Origin: Promethearchaeati archaeon
Lineage (GTDB): Archaea > Asgardarchaeota > Heimdallarchaeia > JABLTI01
Reading direction: 5' to 3'
NCBI GenBank assembly: GCA_013166835.1
Contig: JABLTI010000071.1
Coordinates: 1-16,120 of the forward strand
DNA: 16,120 nucleotides
Shown: positions 14,465 through 16,120 of the stretch, piece by piece
Position numbering within the stretch: position 1 is the stretch's first letter
Layout: each line of letters opens with the position of its first letter
The notes under the pieces: model-generated
Told to the model about the DNA's origin: nothing
What the model saw: the letters and a program-made list of their open reading frames with translations, nothing else
Database searches by the model: none
Program-made: the position numbers and the translations under genes

Positions 14465-15295
14465 ATGGTTATTGTTGGGGCATTTATTCTTCCACACGGA
14501 TCAATGGTTCTAGATCCAAAGAAAAAGGGGCTTCCAAAAGAAGCAAAAGATCTTCACAAAGCAATGGTTGATGCAACTCAAGCTATTGAGAAACTAAAAC
14601 CTGATTTAATTTTCATGACGTCTCCCCATGGTATTGCTTTATCAAATGATTTTGGTATTTGTTTGAATAAAGGAGCTATCGCTTCCGCTGAGTGGGAGAA
14701 TGAGTATCAGGATTATACTGTTAAAATTAAAATTGATCAGGAGATTTCGAATAAATTACTTGATTATCTTCTAGAAAAAGAAACAGCTGTAACTGGAATA
14801 GCTGCATACACTCCAGGAGTTGATGTAAATCTTAGATGGGGCGATGCAGTACCATTGTGGTTTCTCAGGAATCTCTCATCAAAACCCAAATATGTTCTTC
14901 TTTCACAACCTTTGCGTAGACATGATCAAACTGAAGAATTGATTCCGGAAACATTATGCTTAGGCAATGATCTTCGCATTTTCTTTGAAAAATTGGAGAA
15001 AAAGGTTGTTATTATCATAAGTGCTGATATGGGGCACACTCATGATAAGAACGGTCCTTACGGGTTCTCTGAAGATGCAGCTCCTTTTGACGCTCTTATG
15101 GAAGAATGGGCAGGATCTCTGGATTCCAAATTACTTGTAAAGAAAGCAGTGCCAAAATTAGGTGAAGCTCTTTGTTGTGGATACATAGGTTTTGTTATGC
15201 TTCAAGGTATGCTTGAGAAGAAGAAATTGATACCTGAAGTAACGAGCAGATCTGCTCCTACGTACTATGGAATGATGGTAGCAAAATATCTTTAA
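14465..15295 (+). CDS. LigB / class III extradiol dioxygenase subunit B / Memo-like protein
   Basis: ILPHG, KPDLIFMTSPHG, WG..VPLWFL, IISADMGH, GPYGF...A..FD, CCGYIG and PTYYGMMVA motifs. ATG 14465 is preferred (GAGG SD upstream; PH motif near the N-terminus) over GTG 14420. Confidence 0.85.
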   Translation: MVIVGAFILPHGSMVLDPKKKGLPKEAKDLHKAMVDATQAIEKLKPDLIFMTSPHGIALSNDFGICLNKGAIASAEWENEYQDYTVKIKIDQEISNKLLDYLLEKETAVTGIAAYTPGVDVNLRWGDAVPLWFLRNLSSKPKYVLLSQPLRRHDQTEELIPETLCLGNDLRIFFEKLEKKVVIIISADMGHTHDKNGPYGFSEDAAPFDALMEEWAGSLDSKLLVKKAVPKLGEALCCGYIGFVMLQGMLEKKKLIPEVTSRSAPTYYGMMVAKYL

Positions 15296-15296
15296 A

Positions 15297-15716
15297 TTAA
15301 ATGCGTCTTCTTGTTGGAGAGGCATATCCTTTTCTATATATTTTCATTTCATGTTTAATATTCACTTTTCTCATTATTTCCGAATAATTTGGATCAGGTA
15401 ATGATTTAAGTTTATCAATAATCTGCTTTGTAATATCTAAAACTGGATCGATTTCTAACAATTGCTTAGCTTGTTCTACGTATTTATCATTTGATTTATC
15501 ATCAATTGTTTCAATAATACTGCATATGAGATGAGCTTTGTCATCTACTTCATCACTAAATAGAATTGAAGTAAATTGAGCAGAAAGTCTTGTATCGCCT
15601 TTTTTGAGCAATTGAGGATTCATAATCAGTAAATTAGACAAAATTTCGTAATATTGATTTGTATCATCACCTATGATTTCTGCACATGCTATCTCGAGTT
15701 GTGTTTTTTCCTTCAA
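15297..15716 (-). CDS. Hypothetical protein (139 aa, probably helical, basic C-terminus)
   Basis: TTG start preceded by AGGGGG (SD-like). It fills the space between neighbours, and its stop is 1 nt from the convergent gene's stop. No family recognised. Confidence 0.7.
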   Translation of the reverse strand: MKEKTQLEIACAEIIGDDTNQYYEILSNLLIMNPQLLKKGDTRLSAQFTSILFSDEVDDKAHLICSIIETIDDKSNDKYVEQAKQLLEIDPVLDITKQIIDKLKSLPDPNYSEIMRKVNIKHEMKIYRKGYASPTRRRI

Positions 15717-15860
15717 CTAATAGCCCCCTGTTAAAATTAATAACTGTATATTATCTACGCAACTAGTTATATAAAATGTAATAAATTATTAACTTATTCT
15801 ATCGGAATTTCAGCTTTTCTAAGTAGTATTACTTTAATATTCTCTAGTAATATGTAAAAT

Positions 15861-16120
15861 ATGACATCGAATAATATCTTCAATAAAAGAAGATATACAT
15901 TTCAGACTCTCTTCAAAGATATCAAACAATTAATAGCTAATTTCTCCCAAGTGAAGGAAACTTTATCAAGTAATCGAATCAGCAGAGATTTTTCTGAGCG
16001 TATCATGTTATCTGTAACTTCTATCCACAATTGTATCTATTGTACCTATGGACATACCGGTTCCGCACTTAAGAGTGGAGCTCTGGAATTTGAGATTGTT
16101 TCAATTTTAGATAATTCACT
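15861..16120 (+). CDS. AhpD / carboxymuconolactone decarboxylase family protein, 3'-truncated by the window edge
   Basis: Not in the ORF track. Manual translation: MTSNNIFNKRRYTFQTLFKDIKQLIANFSQVKETLSSNRISRDFSERIMLSVTSIHNCIYCTYGHTGSALKSGALEFEIVSILDNS. It has the AhpD core E-x-I-x-L-x-V-...-CxxC-x3-H...A...G...EI. Confidence 0.9.
   Translation, partial: MTSNNIFNKRRYTFQTLFKDIKQLIANFSQVKETLSSNRISRDFSERIMLSVTSIHNCIYCTYGHTGSALKSGALEFEIVSILDNS

Overview
This is an AT-rich, gene-dense chromosomal window with about 14 CDSs. I found no rRNA, tRNA, CRISPR array or transposase. The style (TTG starts, GGTGA/GAGG ribosome-binding sites, TATA-like boxes, giant FtsX/MacB-type permeases, a C-terminal CPxCG..YxRWYCxxC zinc ribbon, a longin-like protein) suggests an archaeon, most likely Asgard/Heimdallarchaeia-like; this is inference. 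Left to right: a 3'-truncated membrane protein missed by the ORF track (<1-749, -); a small 2-TM protein; a putative longin/uDENN-like + gelsolin-like fusion, divergent from an internally duplicated multi-pass membrane protein with a Pro-rich tail and Zn ribbon; a PlsY-like acyltransferase with altered active-site motifs; a nitroreductase; two tandem paralogous ~940-aa ABC permeases with no adjacent ATPase; a tldD-pmbA(tldE) pair; an ATC-hydrolase-family protein; a LigB/Memo-like protein; a hypothetical protein; and a truncated AhpD/CMD-family protein also missed by the track (15861->16120). The best candidate for an undescribed system is the divergent pair at 1218-3517 and its palindrome-rich intergenic region. 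All family calls come from recognising motifs by eye; no searches were run.
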